A DNA stretch of 64,000 nt from Gracilinanus agilis (taxonomy: Eukaryota): NCBI RefSeq assembly GCF_016433145.1, contig NC_058135.1:45398239-45462238 (forward strand). The letters run 5' to 3'. The notes beneath the pieces were generated by a model. That model was given only the letters and a program-made list of their open reading frames with translations, was not told the DNA's origin and did no database searches. The number at the start of each line of letters is the position of its first letter. Position 1 is the first letter of the stretch. This document shows, in pieces, positions 12,870 to 23,939 of this stretch. The position numbers and the translations under genes were made by a program.

Positions 12870-13248
12870 TTAAAAAATTTTTTAAACATTTATTAATATT
12901 CCTTTTTAACATGGTTACATGATTCATGCTCTTACTTTCCCCTTCACCCCCCGCACTCCCCCCACCCTTGGCCGACGCACATTTCCACTGGTTTTATCAT
13001 GTGTCATTGATCAAGACCTATTTCCAAATTGTTGATAGTTGCATTGATGTGGTAGTTTCAAGTCTACATCCCCAATCATGTCCGCCTCAACCCATGCGTT
13101 CAGTTGATTTTCTTCTGTGTTTCCTCTCCTGCAGTTCTTTACATAAATCCCTCAGAACTGTCCTGGGTCATTGCATTGCTGCTGGTACAGAAGTCCATTA
13201 CATTCAATTTTACCACAGTGTATCCGTCTCTGTGTACAATGTTCTTCT
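12870..13248 (-). mobile_element. Young 5'-truncated L1 3' end, ~380 bp, same family as 12561-12723
   Basis: Shares aaacatttattaatatt..ttttaacatggttacatgattcatgctc with the copy at 12561. 16-bp TSD accatggcccactttt (12854-12869, 13249-13264). Confidence 0.88.
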
Positions 13249-13319
13249 ACCATGGCCCACTTTTGTCACTACCCTTTCAGTTTAACTCCTTTCTTCTGGT
13301 TATCGAATCTGAATTCATC

Positions 13320-13527
13320 CGACTCAGAAATTAATACGTGCTTGTGGGGAAATATTGAAGGCAAAATGAGAAAAGAGGTGGCAGAGGATAAGATGGATAG
13401 ACAGTATCATGGAAGCAACAAACATAGCTTGGACAGACTGTGGGAGGCAGTGGAAAATGGAAGGGCCCCGGGGCGCTACGATCCACGGGCCACGAAGACT
13501 CAGAAATGACTGAACAAAAACAACAAC
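13320..13527 (+). mobile_element. RTE-clade LINE 3' end (BovB/RTE_MD-like)
   Basis: Encodes GNIEGKMRKEVAEDKMDRQYHG.., a degenerate form of the RTE ORF end (GKIEGKRRRGRQRMRW..). Ends with the tgactgaacaaaaacaacaac tail. Confidence 0.8.
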
Positions 13528-13567
13528 TGGCTTTGCTAAATGTTAACTGTTTGATCTCCACCTGTAG

Positions 13568-13738
13568 GGTGGCCGTAGTAGTGACCAGCGACATCACGGT
13601 GGATTCCTCTTTTGTGAAGGCCGGCCTACAATCCAGTTTTGAGACAGAAGCAGGACTAGAGTTTATATCCACAGTGCAGTTTTCGCAGTATCCTTTCTTG
13701 GTCTGCATGCAAATGGACAAAGATGAGGCACCTTTCAG
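13568..13738 (+). CDS. MTTP: MTTP penultimate coding exon (equivalent to human exon 17), 171 nt
   Basis: Acceptor ccacctgtag and donor ttcag|gtaaga. Translates (R)[56 protein letters not shown](R). Phases match both neighbours. Confidence 0.97.
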
Positions 13739-14721
13739 GTAAGAAGCAAGGGAGGTTTTCTTTGCTTTGGGTCCAGATCTATGAATTCACCCATGGAGGA
13801 GACATTGTGCAAAGAAACTCCTTCGACAGTGGAGTTCTCATCAGTACCTGCTGAGTTGTCTAGAGCAAGGGGAGGCCAAGGGATTTGCCCGCGCAGCCAG
13901 GACGGTGGTCAGAACGGGGACTTGACTTGGGGTCTTTCTGAGTGAGAGGCCAGCTCTCTATTCAGAATGTCACACTGACATTTACACAGGAATTTCATTT
14001 GGTTTTGGAACAAAGGGTCAAGTAGGGTCTACCCAAAGCATCACACAGCTCCTCTGAGGAACATGCCCAGCCTTGGAGGAGAAGGCAGATGCTTAATACT
14101 GAAGGGGTGTCTATAGACTTTGACTGATTCTAGCCAAATAGAGCTCCCAAAGATCTCATGCAGGAGATCAAGATCAGATTGGCCATCATCAAAAAATGGA
14201 ATCGTTCATTCTTTTCTTTCATGTGCCTCATAGCTGGGACATGTGCCTTTGGATTATACTTTGGATCAGGTTATGAGGTTTGGCCAGGGGTGGAAGGGAT
14301 AAAAAAGGGGATAATTTTGACAATGCTCCTGGTTTTCAAGGAAAAAACCCTGGGTAACTTTTTCAGTACTCTAAACCAAACTGTACACATGGCCAATTGG
14401 AAAATGTTTAACAAAAATAATAATTATAACATAATAATGATATAATACTATAACAAAAATAATAATAAAATAAAAATAAGATAGAACATAGGTAATGTTA
14501 ATATGTGGTTTTCTAAGTCAATTTTTGGCCCTAGGGAAAGCTCACTTAGTGGCCCTCCCCTATTTCTATGTGAGTTGGACACCTCTGCTCTAGACACTGC
14601 TCCAAGACTGACCTGCCCAGGAAGCTTCCCCAGCCAGGGCAGGGGAATCTCCCTTTATCAGTGGAATCAGAAGTCCAACCCTTCTTGTTCTAGTGTTCTA
14701 GAAGCAGAGCTCTTTATTTAA

Positions 14722-14955
14722 AAAAAAATTTTTTTAAACCCTTACCTTCCATCCACCTTACCTTGAAACCCTTACCTACAATCCATCTATTGATCCCACA
14801 GAATCAATACTGTGTGTTGGTTCCAAGGCAGAAGAGTGGTAAGGTCTAGGCAATGGGGATTAAGTGACCTGTCCAGGGTCACACAGCAAGGAAATATCTG
14901 AGACCAGATTTGAACCCAGGACCTCCTGTCTCTAGGCCTGGCTCTCTGACTGCCC
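14722..14955 (-). mobile_element. SINE1-like SINE with duplicated tail (aaacccttacct twice)
   Basis: Core gggtcacacagc..ggaa.tatctgag.ccagatttgaacccagg. Head partly deleted. Confidence 0.8.
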
Positions 14956-15899
14956 CCAAACAGGGCTGTTTAAATTGGTGTGGCCTATAGGCTCCTTCCT
15001 TCACTTCTGCTCTCTCATCTAAACCTGGGTTATTCCCTTTCTTTTGGATCAGGCCCCCCAGTAAGGAAGCTCCCCCAGATAAGGCAGAATGAGCACCTGG
15101 GGGAATGTCAGTTTGTAGTCTTAGAGAAGTGCTTGGGGGCTCTGAGAAGTTAGACATCCCAACAAGTGAGGCTCTGAGAGCTAGAGCTAGAAGAAACCCA
15201 AGAGGCAGGTCATCTAGTCCAATCCCTGATGGGGAAACAGAAGCGTGGTCCAGGGACAGTCACATAGCCAGGATATGTCACAAGTGAGACCCCAGCCCAC
15301 AGTTCCTAGCCATCAGCCCAGGAAGCCTTTCTGTAACGGCTCTTAAGTGTTGTTTGCAATAACTCTTGAGTCTAAAATAAGAGAGTCCATTTCATTCTTA
15401 TTCTAAACTCTAAGCCAAGTCTTTTATGTCTAACTTGGACATTATTCAGTAGCCATTCTAGAGATTCTCCTTACTCAATCTTTCTAGATAGGAGAATGGA
15501 CTATGTAAATATCAAGATATTTTTTTCTATATTGGCTAAATTTAATTTTTCCAGGTTAAAAAAAGACATTATAGATGAAACATTGAGCCACTGGGCACTT
15601 CATTTGGCCTGAATTTCTTGAAGAATGTTAAAAAAAAAAGTAGCTAAATGGTAGTGGCCAACCCAAGCTGGTGCTGGCTCCTAATATTGCCCCAGGGTTT
15701 CCAAGAACAAAATTCCTGGGTGTGCTCAGAACGGCATTCTTGAGGGGCTGGCCAGCATGAATGCCCAGCTCAAGGGAAGGGCTTGAAAAATAAAGGCAGG
15801 GAAACGAGAGAGATCTCACAACTCTGAGGCAGCCCAGCACTAGCAGAATGTGAGAGAACAATGAGAGAAAGAGAGGACAAGAAAGAGAGAGAACTAGGC

Positions 15900-15900
<1 letters not shown>

Positions 15901-15948
<48 letters not shown>
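15901..15948 (+). repeat. (GA)n microsatellite about 145 nt upstream of the last MTTP exon
   Basis: Direct reading. Confidence 0.95.
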
Positions 15949-15952
<4 letters not shown>

Positions 15953-16092
15953 ATTCCACTTCCAGTCCCTTTGGAGTACGTGTCCAGTCTGAGCTCTCTG
16001 ACCTCAATTCAGATGGGATGGGATGGAGAGTGAGAAGAGCCATGTAGATGGTCCATTGGCAAGAGGATGTAACTTTCACGTGAATTTTGCAG

Positions 16093-16264
16093 GCAATACG
16101 TGACTAAGTATGAAAGACTTGCGACGGGCAGAGGCTATGTCTCCCGAAAAGGAAAAGAAAAGCTGTTTCCTGGATCAGAATTCCCTCTTCATCAAGAGAA
16201 CTCTGACATGTGCAAGGTGGTTTTTGCCCCACAGGCTGAGAACTCCTCAGATGGCTGGTTTTGA
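16093..16264 (+). CDS. MTTP: MTTP last coding exon (equivalent to human exon 18), ending in TGA at 16262-16264
   Basis: Acceptor aattttgcag. Translates (R)[56 protein letters not shown], colinear with the mammalian MTP C-terminus (...SGWF). No frameshift. Confidence 0.97.
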
Positions 16265-16980
16265 ACCCAACGCCTGATAGATTTCACTTGAATCTAGTCC
16301 ATTCAGGAAACACGGTGTGGCATGGCCTGATACCTGCTCCCTGAGAGCACAGTGTTTACATATTTACGTGTATTTAAGAATTTTGTAAAAAGTTACGAGA
16401 GAAAAATAATTGAGTCTGTCAATGTCGGTATACTCTCAATGTTGTTTTGGGACAAACAACCACAAAAAGGGTGATGCTTTCCATGTTGTTCCTGGTTTTC
16501 TAGAACACTTCTTAACATTCATTTGCTCTTGGCCTGATGCAAGAAGAGCTTTGCTACAAGCAGATATGCTATGTGTAAATTGCAAATTTGTAAAACAAAA
16601 CAAAACAAAACAAAAACAAAACCAACAAGGAGTCAGTTTTCCCAGCAATTTTCACTTAAGATATCACAAAACCTTTTCTCAACAACATGTTAAATTCGCA
16701 TTGCTTTTTACCAACTAAATTGTCTAATCAGGAAGAAACAGGCTACTGTTTTTTAAAAGCCTTTTGATGACCCATCTCCCTAATTAATATTTATCTGTTT
16801 CGTAGTTGTTGTTGTTTTTTAGAATTATATGGGTAGTAGACACACAGAGCTAAATGATGAATGCTTATCTCTCTGTTGAGCATGGTCAACATTTCTCAAA
16901 GGAGCCTCTTTGGCCATCCTCCTTCAGCCCTCCATAACACACTGGGGTTTAGAGTGTAGGAACCAGAAAAGTCAGTTTTG
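16265..16980 (+). other. MTTP: Probable MTTP 3'UTR (3' end not defined)
   Basis: Repeat-poor sequence directly after the stop, with an (AAAAC)n tract at ~16592-16625. An L2 relic begins ~17030. No canonical AATAAA seen. Confidence 0.6.
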
Positions 16981-17029
16981 AAAACCCTATCAGATTTAAC
17001 TTACATCGTATCAGTCTCTTTGAGCCTTC

Positions 17030-17780
17030 AATGTGTACCCCGTCCTCTTAAAGGAAATACTTTTACATCAGCCCTTTTGACTTCATTGCTTCACGTGGTT
17101 TAGTTCCCAATATCCCTTGCATCTGTCCCCTTCTTTCCACCGCACTGACTCAGACCCTCATCACCACTCACTTGGACTGTTCCAACAGCCTCCTAACTGG
17201 ACTCCCAGCTTCTGTTCTTTGCAACCTCCAATTCATCCTCTACTGTACTGTCATCGTAATTATGAAGGCACAAGCCTGACTGTGATCCTGGAAATCTATT
17301 CCACCCCTGCCCCGCCATCTGTAATGGCTCCCTACTCTCTCTAGGTTAAAATTCAGATAATTCAGTTTGGCATTTTTGCAACCAGCTCTGTTTTAACTTT
17401 CCAAACGTCCCATATTTCTCCCCTTCACATGCTATTTTCTAGCAGAATGGCTTATTATTTTCTCAACTTGGCATCGCATCCTGCACTCTCCCCATGCCTG
17501 GAATGCACTCCCTCCTGGCTTTTGCCTCATCTTGCTAAGGACTCTTAGCTTCTTTTCAAGCTCTCTTTATGTGCCACCTCTGAGAGGAAGCATCTCCCGA
17601 TCTCCCTCCTTCCTCATTTTACCTTGCATTTATTTCTGTGTTTACCGTCTTTGGCCTCTGGGAGAATGTAAGTTCTTTGAAAGCAGGGACTATCTCTCAT
17701 TTCAGTCTTTAGATCCCCAGTGCCTAGCAGAGTGTCTTACATATACTAGATGCTTATTGAATTTTGGATTCAATTAAATT
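17030..17780 (-). mobile_element. L2 relic
   Basis: cacttggactgttccaacagcctcctaactgg, cccatgcctggaatgcactccc, agaatgtaagttctttgaaagcagggac, cagtgcctagcaga. Confidence 0.7.
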
Positions 17781-18624
17781 GACAGCATGGACCAGTTTGC
17801 CACCACAAGGTGCAGACTTACAAAAATGGTGAGAGAATTCACTTTAATATGCATATCTGAACTACAGACATAACCAACTCAGGAAACTGGATTTCTGGAA
17901 AATGAGACCAAAAAAGAATTATCTGTGTAAGATTAAAAAGAAAACCTTATTTGTTGGCTTTGTGTTTGTTTGCTTGTCTGTCTGTTTATCAGCTGTCCAT
18001 GCACACATATTCATGTAGAGCCCCAACACCAGCAACACTGGGAATTTTAAAAATGGTAACAGGAAGCATTCCTGGCCACCAGTGGAATTCTGGGTATGTT
18101 AGTGGACCTGAGTTTCTGGGAACAAATAAGCTGCTCTTACTCATCAGGAAGGCTCACTCTCACCCTGGAGGATAAATTCTGCAGAGATGCCCAGCTCTCC
18201 ATAATTCTCAGAAAGGAAGTGACCACCTGTCCCCTAACCCTCCCCCTCCTCAAGTAGCCAAGCCAGTTTTTCAGTCTAAAGCATGTAGATCTCATGCATT
18301 TACCCATTCAGAATGACTCCTTGAGCTGGAAAACCTGACTTCTTGGAACCTGCTTGATTTTGATGAGTCTTATCCATCTTGTTCAATCTTGGGATAATGG
18401 AACCATCTTCCCACAGGAACAGACATTAACTATATAGAGTGTTTCATAGACTACTCAGTTTAGAGCCTTTAAAGGTTGGCCACTCAGTTTTACAGATGAG
18501 GAAACTGAGTTTCAGAGAAGTAATTGGTCTGAGGTCACAAAGGACCAGGATTCAAATGTGGGTCTTCTGTCCAGGGACCCTTCCCAAAGGAATGATAAGA
18601 ATGGGAAATGGCTATGTGGTTTAA

Positions 18625-18795
18625 GGACCAGACCTTAAAGATGAGAGGTCCCAAGTTCAAATTTGACCTCCGACACTTCCTAGCTGTGTGACCCCTAGAC
18701 AAGTCACTTAACCTCCATTGCCTAGCCTTTACTGCTTTTCTGCTTTGGAATCAAAACACAGTATTGATTCTAAGACAGAAAGTAAGGGTTGATTT
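18625..18795 (+). mobile_element. SINE1-like SINE, 5' degraded
   Basis: gttcaaatttgacctccgacacttcctagctgtgtgaccc...gattctaagacagaaagtaagggtt. Confidence 0.8.
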
Positions 18796-19519
18796 TTTTG
18801 AATGGGAAAAACATCTATTTACTGTGCAACTGTTGTACCTGCTACCTCAGCCAGACCCAGAGAATGTCTATGTAAAACAAAGACTTCTCAAGAAAAATTC
18901 AGTCCTATCCACTTTACCCCCTCTCAGCACACCCCTGGAAGAAGGTGAAGGAGTATCAACAATATGGCGCAGCTCCCAGCTAGTGTTTGACTGCTGTCAT
19001 CCAGAAGGGCCGATCCTTACATAAAGACTCACAAACTCATTCTGAGATTCAGTTTCTCCTTGTTAAAGCAGAGGGGATGCACTTAGCCCGGGGAAAAGAC
19101 GAGGCTTCTAGAGCCAGTATTTTGCACCCAGTATCCCTCTGCCTTCACGCAGCTCTTGCTGTTTTTCACAACAGCTGTTGCATCCATTGGTGGAGCAGGG
19201 ATGTAGGCAAGGGCAGGGCAGGGCTGAGTGGGACAAAAACTGACCCACTCCCCATTCTCTTCCTTCCCACCTCCCCAGTTCAGAGAGCTATGTTCCATTC
19301 CCTTTCTTGGACTCTAAGTCCTTGGCCTTATCCAGGCTTCCTTGTCCTGTGGACTCCTCTCTTGGTTGCATTCTCCCACTTTCTCTCTTGCTTGCCTCAG
19401 TCAGAAGTCTCCCTCTCTGCGATGGAGGGAGAGGGCACAGAGGGAGGAGCAAACAAAGTTAGAGGAGCCACACTAGTCTAATTTCACTATCTATTATAGA
19501 GCAGACATTTAATAATTGT

Positions 19520-19693
19520 TTTTTAAAAATTAAACCTTTACCTTCTGTCTTACTATCAATTCTAAGAAAGAAGAACAGCAAGGGCTAGGCCATCAGAGTT
19601 AAGTGACTTTCCCAGGGTCACACAGCCGAATTTAATCCTGATATTCCCATCTTTAGGCCTGGTACTCTATATACTGTGCTTCCTAGCTGCCTC
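19520..19693 (-). mobile_element. SINE1-like SINE
   Basis: aaacctttaccttctgtctt...gagttaagtgactttcccagggtcacacagc...cctagctgcc. Confidence 0.75.
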
Positions 19694-19991
19694 TCAAGAA
19701 ATGCTTATTGACCCATCAAATTGTCCATTTTGAGGGAAATGTGATGGATTTTTTAAAATTTAAGTTTCTTATTTGTAATAACAGATGAAATATAGTCATT
19801 AGGCATTTGCATTCTGCCTGTCTATAGAAGTCTTCATACTCAGAATCCACAAGATCCTAGATACAGAAGCTGAGTGCAGGTCTTCTAAACCCAAGGCTGG
19901 ATGCCATGAAAGGATACCACAAGCTTTGGGAGTGCCGACCCCTCTGGGAAGTAATGAAAACAAGGAATGTGGTTGAAAAAATGGAGAAAAA

Positions 19992-20186
19992 GAGGCAGCT
20001 GGGTGGCTCAGTGGATTGAGAGCCAGGCTCAGAGATAGAAGGTCCTGGGTTCCAATCTGACCTCTGACACCTCGCTGGGAGAACCTATGCAAGTTACTTA
20101 ACCCCCATTGCCTAGCCCTTACCACCCTTCTGTCTGGAACCAATGCACAGTATTGATTCTAAGATGGAAGGTAAGGGTTTAAAAAA
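19992..20186 (+). mobile_element. SINE1-like SINE, full length
   Basis: gaggcagctgggtggctcagtggattgagagccagg...gatggaaggtaagggtttaaaaaa. Confidence 0.85.
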
Positions 20187-20210
20187 TTTGAAGGAAAAAA
20201 AACTGGTGGT

Positions 20211-20214
<4 letters not shown>

Positions 20215-20254
<40 letters not shown>
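20215..20254 (+). repeat. (TG)n microsatellite
   Basis: Direct reading. Confidence 0.95.
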
Positions 20255-20256
<2 letters not shown>

Positions 20257-21328
20257 GGGGATGGAATGGGCAAGGAAGTGGATAGAGCAAATGGAGAAAA
20301 ATATCATTTTATTCCTCATCTAAATTCAGGAACCAGAGGATCTACGGTTGCAAGAAATCTCTGTGTTATAGAGGAGAAAAAAATCCACCCATGTTTCTGC
20401 GTCTTAAAAATGGGAATAGTTAGATTTTAATTCAAAGTAACAGCTGCAGTGTTCTGGAGTCCTGCAGGCTCTCTGGGGAGCAGCCTAGAGGAGCTGAGGC
20501 AGAGCCCCCAAAATGCTGACCCAGCATGTAGGGGTAAGGGGGTGGGGGAAGGATTAAATTACTCCTTGGGAGAATTTGGCTCAACAAATGCTACTTAGCA
20601 TTTATTTATAAGGTGCTCAGAGAAACAGGATCGCTGGAGTCCAGTGTGAACCTTCCCTCCATTTTAATGGAAAAGCAGGGAGCCAAGAGAGGGGAGGCAG
20701 CCTTACTTACAAAGGGCTCTGAGTTATCCCATACAAGGCCAAAGCTGGAGATAGTCACTGGGGATCCGGCCCCTACCCAGGCTTTTAGGGCCAATTCATT
20801 TTCTTCTATCTCCTGTAGAGTTGCTTCGGGGCACTTACAAACATATAGGGATGTGTTGGAGCCAGCTCAAATAAGCCCAGTGTTGGAATTTTCAGTGTGA
20901 GCATTTACATCTCAGGAATCAGCAAGACTGGGGCGTCATTTATTGTTTTGTCGATTGTCTGGACGATAAACAATGACCCCACAGATAGCCATGCCAAGGA
21001 TGCCCAGCTGAAACAGAGAAGACCGAGGCGTAACGTGATTCCAAGCGAGTCCCTTGATCTCTCTCAGTGCCCCACACAGCTCTCCAAGAGTAGGTGCTGA
21101 TCTACATTGGGAGGAAGAGTTTTCTCAGGAGTTCCTTTAACCAATGAAATTGCAATTGTGACCAAAAGAGAAAACTAGAAAACTCACAATTCACTTTTGA
21201 AAACTCCAACATTAGACATGAGGGGGATTCCTCAATGAGCAAGGTCATAGGAAGTAATAATGAATTATTCAAAGTAGCTCCATAATGATATAGTTCCATC
21301 TCCTTATTTTATTAAAATCATGTGAAGA

Positions 21329-21720
21329 GGGGCAGCTAGGGGGCTCAGTGGATAGAGTCAGTCACAGAGACTGGAAGTCCTGGATTCAAATCTGACCTAG
21401 CTTCACTTCCTAGCTATGTGACTGTAGACAAATCACTTAACCCCACTTGCCTACTGCTTTTCTGCTTTGGAACCAATACTTAGTGTCAGTTCTAAGACAG
21501 AAGGTTTTTTTAATCATATGTTTTTAGAGCATCAGGCCTAGAGTCAAGAGGACCTAGGTTCAAAACTGGCCTCAGACACTTACTAGTTGTATGAAGTCAC
21601 TTAACCCTGTTTGCCTCAGTTTCCTCATCTGTAAAGAAGGAAGTGGCAAACCACTCCAGTATTTTTACCAAGAAAACTCTGACAAAGTGTTGGACATGAC
21701 CAAAAAAAATGATGGAGTAA
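21329..21720 (+). mobile_element. SINE1-like SINE (21329-21510) followed by a MAR1-like SINE (21530-21720)
   Basis: tRNA-like head and CORE. The second element has the RTE-derived tail ggaagtggcaaaccactccagtatttttaccaagaaaac. Confidence 0.8.
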
Positions 21721-22179
21721 CAATAACCTATCTCTATCCCCACTTTTACCTCTTCAAGTTGGGAAACAATGAGTGTAAGCCAACTCCTGCATAATGGGCA
21801 GGGCATGTAGGGAAGGATATTCTTCTGAAAAAAATGGTTATTAGGAAGCATTACCTCATAAAAATATGTTTTACACATGGTGGTTAGATTCTATGAAATT
21901 ACTACACTTTGGGGAATTATGAGTTGGCTGACTTTTATGAGCTGCTTTGGGAACCCAAATAAGGTTATTTCTACTGGAAAATGGGTTACAAATTCCAAGA
22001 AATACACTTACCAATTAATAGAGCCTGTTCATAGCCTGGGGACTTTCTGTATCAAAAGAAATTTTTTCGCTGTAAAGTCATTTTAAACATTATGGTTATT
22101 AACCATCAACTTTAGGAACCTGCTACTACACTTATACAATAAGGCTCAAAAATGTAGCCTCCCTCAGACTTGGTAGGCA

Positions 22180-23350
22180 ATAAAGAAACCCGGAAAATAC
22201 TTCAGTAGAAATGATATGGTGAGGTCTGTGAATAAAAAAGGTTCTTCTGGCAGCAGTAGGAAAGGAGGTTTCAGGGAGAGGGGAAACGCAGGTCTTTTAG
22301 GATACTGTTGGAATAGTCCAGATGGACAGTAACAAAAGCCTGTGTCTACTTAAAGTCCATCCGAGTTCCATGTGCAATGGGAATCAATAGGAAAGTATGG
22401 AGTTGAGAGATGTGGAGGGGGAATCAGATGTATTTGGGCACCAATTGGACACAAAAGGTAAAATGAATATGAAAGGGAAGTCACTAAGACCAAGGTTTCA
22501 ATATGGCAGGCTCTCTGCAGAAACATGGGGAATTGCCTTAGCAGAGGTTCCCAGACTTTCTTATTTAATAACACCCTTACTATCTCAGTTAATACCCCAA
22601 AGTTCTGTTTATTAACTAGTTAGGGTCAAACAACTTAACAAGTATTATGTCCTAACAATTTGAAAAATTACGCATAAGTTGAAAAAAAGAAATAATAATT
22701 ATTAAATTTCATTCTTAAAAAACCCACAATTACAATATGGGGATTGTACAACATCTTGAACCTTGGAATCAGACTGGAGACTGCTGCACCCTCATTTCCT
22801 CTTCTCCATTGCTTTTTGCGTAATACTTCCTTTTTATCAGAGCAACCACCAAAAACCCAGCTTCTCAAAGGTGTCTAATTACAAATGGAATTAGGATTCA
22901 TGAAGTGAATTTCAAGTGACTAATCATGCACTGCATTTCCCCAGGGTGCTATAATGAAGGTGGTGAGAGACTGAAATAGAGTGGTGGTAGTATCAGAGGA
23001 GAAAAGGAGGTATATTAGAAATGTTGCAAAGGTAAAATCACCAGGCTTTGGCTTGTTAGATATAGGGCATAGGGTATAGGAAATTGGATATATATGGAAG
23101 ATAGTGAGGAGTCCTAAATGTCTCCTTGGCTACAAGCCTAAGGGACTGGGAAGATGGTCCCTCTACATTAACAGGAAAAGTAAAAGGGGGGGGGGAGAGT
23201 TTTAGGAGGAAAGATAATGATTTCCACTTTGGAAATGTTGAGTTCAAGATATCTCCTGGACATCCACTTCAAGATATCTGAAAGGCATTTGGAGTTTCAA
23301 AATGTCTGAAGGACATCTAGAGATGCAAAATTCAAGATCAGTAGAGAATT
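22180..23350 (+). mobile_element. L2 relic, purine-rich orientation
   Basis: gatactgttggaatagtccagatg, gggactgggaagatgg, ttccactttggaaatgttgagtt, ggacatccacttcaagatatctg. Confidence 0.6.
22543..22790. mobile_element. Possible old hAT/MER-type DNA transposon fragment inside an L2 relic
   Basis: Begins cagaggttcccagactt (Charlie-like TIR) and interrupts L2-like sequence. Right TIR and TSD are not clear. Confidence 0.3.
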
Positions 23351-23939
23351 TGGCAGATTTGAGGTAATCAGTATAAAGTAAGTGGCTACCTTGTTTCTGT
23401 TTAGAAAGTTCCAGCAAAGGGGGTAGGAGGGTGTCCCACTCATCTCCAAAGGCAGCCTTTTTATGCCTCTGGACAGAGCTAATTGGTAGGAAGTTGAATT
23501 TTTACCCCTAACATCAAATTTAAATGTGCCTCATTGCAACTGGTACCATCTTTTGTGGTTAAGCAGAAATCTCTTTCACAAGCAGGTAGGACTCTATATG
23601 AGATGATTTAAGAACTATCCTGAAGGGAGCCAAAGAAATATGTAAGGCCATTGCCACCTGGGACCACAGCCAATAGAACAAAAAGAGTTAATGTTAATGG
23701 CCTCTGGTGACTCCTTTCAGAAAGAGGATTTTGTAGATCATTTCCTGTCATACAGACTTAGGGAAGTCTGTTCCCTAACTTCATCCCCTGGGTCACAGTT
23801 TTCTTTGATGTAAAATGAAAGATTGGATGAGGTGTCCACTGTGATCTTTTCTATCTGTACATCCATGAACCTCTTAGCCTATATCCTATGTACCATTCTC
23901 CTGTATGAATATTTCCATTATCTTTCCCTAAGTCTCCAT

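Noticed and set aside
13440-13742. 100-aa ORF running from the RTE relic into the MTTP exon
   Set aside because: Only 13568-13738 is MTTP. The upstream part is repeat and intron that happens to lack a stop.
16141-16170. Apparent frameshift in the A-rich part of the last MTTP exon
   Set aside because: Careful codon reading (cga aaa gga aaa gaa aag ctg ttt cct gga) stays in frame to the TGA.
20430-20640. MEF2 match (20602-20611) plus CAGCTG E-box as a muscle enhancer
   Set aside because: A MEF2 consensus match is expected roughly every few kb at this AT content, and there is no further support from sequence alone.
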